Shown here piece after piece: positions 61,050 to 64,000 of a DNA stretch of 64,000 bases. Made by a program: the position numbers and the translations under genes. Location of the stretch: the NCBI GenBank assembly GCA_016748015.1, contig JAAOMT010000372.1, positions 856,802-920,801 of the forward strand, in the 5' to 3' direction. The notes under the pieces were generated by a model. That model made no database searches, had not been told where the DNA came from, and saw only the letters and a program-made list of their open reading frames with translations. The DNA comes from Geosiphon pyriformis uo1. Lineage: Eukaryota; Fungi; Glomeromycota. Position 1 is the first letter of the stretch, and each line of letters opens with the position of its first letter.

Positions 61050-63400
61050 GGTTTTTTCAATATTAGTTAAATAAATTGAGTATTATCTTTTTTGTTAATA
61101 AATTTTTTGATTTTAATAATTAATACATAGATTATTAATATAATTAGTAAAAAAATATATATATAAAAAATAAAATTAATTGTAATAGAGCTCTAATAAT
61201 TGGTATTATTGATAATAAATATATTAATACAATATGATTTAAAAATACTAAATTTTAAATTATTGGATTTTAAATAATTATTTTTAAAAGTTTTAATTAT
61301 AATAAATCTTAAAATTATATTTTTTTCGATATTTTTTTTTATTCAGATTTTTAACAAAGCTAAAAGCTGGTTAAAATAATAGTAATTATAATAATAAGAG
61401 TATAAATAGCTGTAATTAAAATTTTTTAAAATATTTTTTATATTTTTTGATTTAATAATCGAAAAAAATATGTGACTTTTTAAATAAATTATTATTTTTA
61501 AAATAGGTTTAGAATAAAAACCTGAAATTTTTTGGTTTTATAGTAAATAATAATATAATTTTTAATAAAATTCAAATAATATTTTTTGGAATATAATAAT
61601 AAAATAGTTTTAAAAATAAAGTAATTCTTAAATTTTTTGTTACTTGTAATTAATAAATTTTTTTTAAATATATTTATGAATTTTTAAATGTATTTTTGTT
61701 AGAGTATTTGTAAAATTATATAATTAATAATAACTAATATATTATTTAAATTTTTTGTAAAAATTTGTTTTTGTAAATTTTAAGCTAACTTTCTTTTAAC
61801 TGTATATTTATGTAAATATTAAATACTAATTTTATTAAAAAATAGTTGATTGTTAATTTTAAATTTTTTTTAAAGTATTTATATAATAATTTTGTAAACT
61901 TTAAATAGTTAGTTTTATAAATATTAAATTTGCTATTTTTATTAAATAATTACTAGTAATGTTTTTGTTTTTTGTAAATTATATCTTATAAAAAACATTA
62001 AATATTTTAAATAATTATATAATATATTAACTTGTAAGTTGGTATTGTAATAAATAAATAAATTAGAAAGTTTTAGTATTTAAAATTTTGAAATTAGTCA
62101 AGTTTTTTGTATAATAAACAAAAATTTATTAATAATAACTGATAATATTCAGTGTTTAACTTTTTGATATAATTATTAATATAATTTGGTGTTTTTTATT
62201 TTTTTACTAAGTAATTCAATAAATTAATTTTACATTTATTTTTATATATTTTAACAAATAATTTTTGATATTATAATCTTAATGTTTTTTTTAATTAATT
62301 AATAAAACAACAAAACAAAACAAAAAAAAACAAATAAAATAATAAAATATAAAATTAATATCTTGTTAATAATTATAATTAAAAGGTATTGTTTTAATAT
62401 TGTTAAATTTTGGAAATAAATACTATTAATATTAATAAGTTTATTAAGATAAATAGTAATTTATATATTTTAAATAGTAAATAATTTATAAATAATTTTA
62501 TTTAAAAATATTTGTTTCAAATATTAGATTTTTAACTGCTAAATTTATTTGATAAAAATTTTAAATAAAAAATTGGTTTTTTTGTTTCTAATATTACTGT
62601 TATATATATAAATATATTTTAATAATATAAAATTTCTGAAATTTTTAATGATTTTTATACTTTTTTTAAGTTAATACTAAAAATTTTGTTATAATTTTAA
62701 ATTATAAAAATAATAATTAATACTCTTAAAATATAAATATTTAATATATATTTGTTAATAGTAGTTTTTTTATTAATACATAATTTTTATTAATTTAAAA
62801 ATTTTACAATATAAATTTTTTTAATTTTATTTAATATTAATTAAAACATATAATTAAAAACTTATTAAAATTTTTTAGTTTTTTGAATGCTTACAGATTA
62901 CTTAAATATTTTTGTTGATTAAAATATAAATACACAAATAATTATATATAAATAAGATTATTAATTTTATATTAAACCATAAAATTTTAATATTTTTTAA
63001 AATAAATATATTAAAAATATTTAGTTTTTTTTAATAAAAAAATGAAAATAAAAAGAATTTAATTAATTAATAAAACTAATTTTTAACTGATTAATGTTTT
63101 TAGATGAATTTATTTATTCTAAAATTATATATCTAATTTAGTTATTTTTATTTAATTATTTAAAATAAAATTTAAATCTTTTATTAATTTTTTTTATAAA
63201 AACTAAAAAGTATTTTGAAAAAACTTTTAATATGATTATTTAATTAATTTTTAATAAACTGTTTTTAGTTTTTTTTAGTTCTTGCATTTATTATTATTAA
63301 CATCTTTATTGTGCTTTAGTAAATAAAAGATAATTATAATTCTTAACAGTTTATATATTACTTCTATTTTTCTGTATGCAACTGATTGATTTTTGTAATT
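61050..63400. other. Extremely AT-rich degenerate DNA
   Basis: Base composition only; no recognisable ORF. Confidence 0.5.
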
Positions 63401-64000
63401 TTTCTGTTTCAAGTTGTTTAATTATATAAAAAACATGTATAGTTGTAAAACTTATATTACTTTTAGATTCTTATAAACAATGTTTTGTTGTAAATTGTGT
63501 TCAATATTTAAATTCTTAGCATTGCTTACTTTTAAAGGTACAGTCTGGTAAGAAAAAAATTGGAAAAATATGAATCTACTAAGATTGCATTTGGTTCAAT
63601 CATTTTTGGTAAGTTTTGTGATAAGAAAAATGGAAACAGAATATTAGGTAGGTGGCTGAGCTCTAAAAACATTTTGTCACGTATTAACTAATAGTTTTTT
63701 TTAAAACTTGTCTTTGAAATGCTGACTTCAAAGCAAGAAACGCAATGGCAAGTCGAATTACATTTTGGAAGCAAAAAATACGAAAGGCAAAAGAAATACA
63801 GAATAAAACGAATATACCCCTTTCTACAATCTATAATATCCTCGAAAAACCCAAAAAAAAGGAACAATAAAGCATGCGAGTGGTAATAGTCGGCCAAGAA
63901 AGATTATGAGAAATTCTTCAAAAATATTAGGGCAGATTATTCGTAGAGATTCCTTAGTTTCGTCTAGATATTTAGCAATAAAGTTGGCTAAGAAGGGAAT

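Noticed and set aside
63688-63897. 69-aa ORF at the window end
   Set aside because: Non-ATG start and low-complexity F-rich translation; more likely UTR or promoter of a gene outside the window.

Overview
Eukaryotic, very AT-rich and TE-dominated window, most likely from a Glomeromycota fungus. This is an inference from the BTB-BACK-TLDc gene and the TE protein families, which resemble those of Geosiphon. Only two probable host genes are present, at the left end and convergent: an intron-containing BTB-BACK-TLDc gene and a small signal-anchor/coiled-coil orphan. The rest comprises two full-length Ty3/Gypsy LTR retrotransposons (7189-17021 +, with a dUTPase; 40357-48159 -), each with a separate integrase ORF and an extra ORF3; two full-length RNase H-bearing LINEs (33078-39900 +, 50330-56819 -); two copies of an ORF1-only, polyadenylated 'half-LINE' that shares the LINE 3' tail (58764-61045 +, and a relic split by the first LTR element); a pogo/Tigger TIR transposon carrying a second gene; Tc1-like and hAT relics; and a 5-kb array of 26 indel-free 173-bp units with interspersed intron-like spacers and a predicted strand-specific RNA fold. 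Nearly all TE damage consists of C>T/G>A transitions (RIP-like or methylation-driven), grading into near-pure AT deserts. All alignments and folds were done by eye, without database searches.
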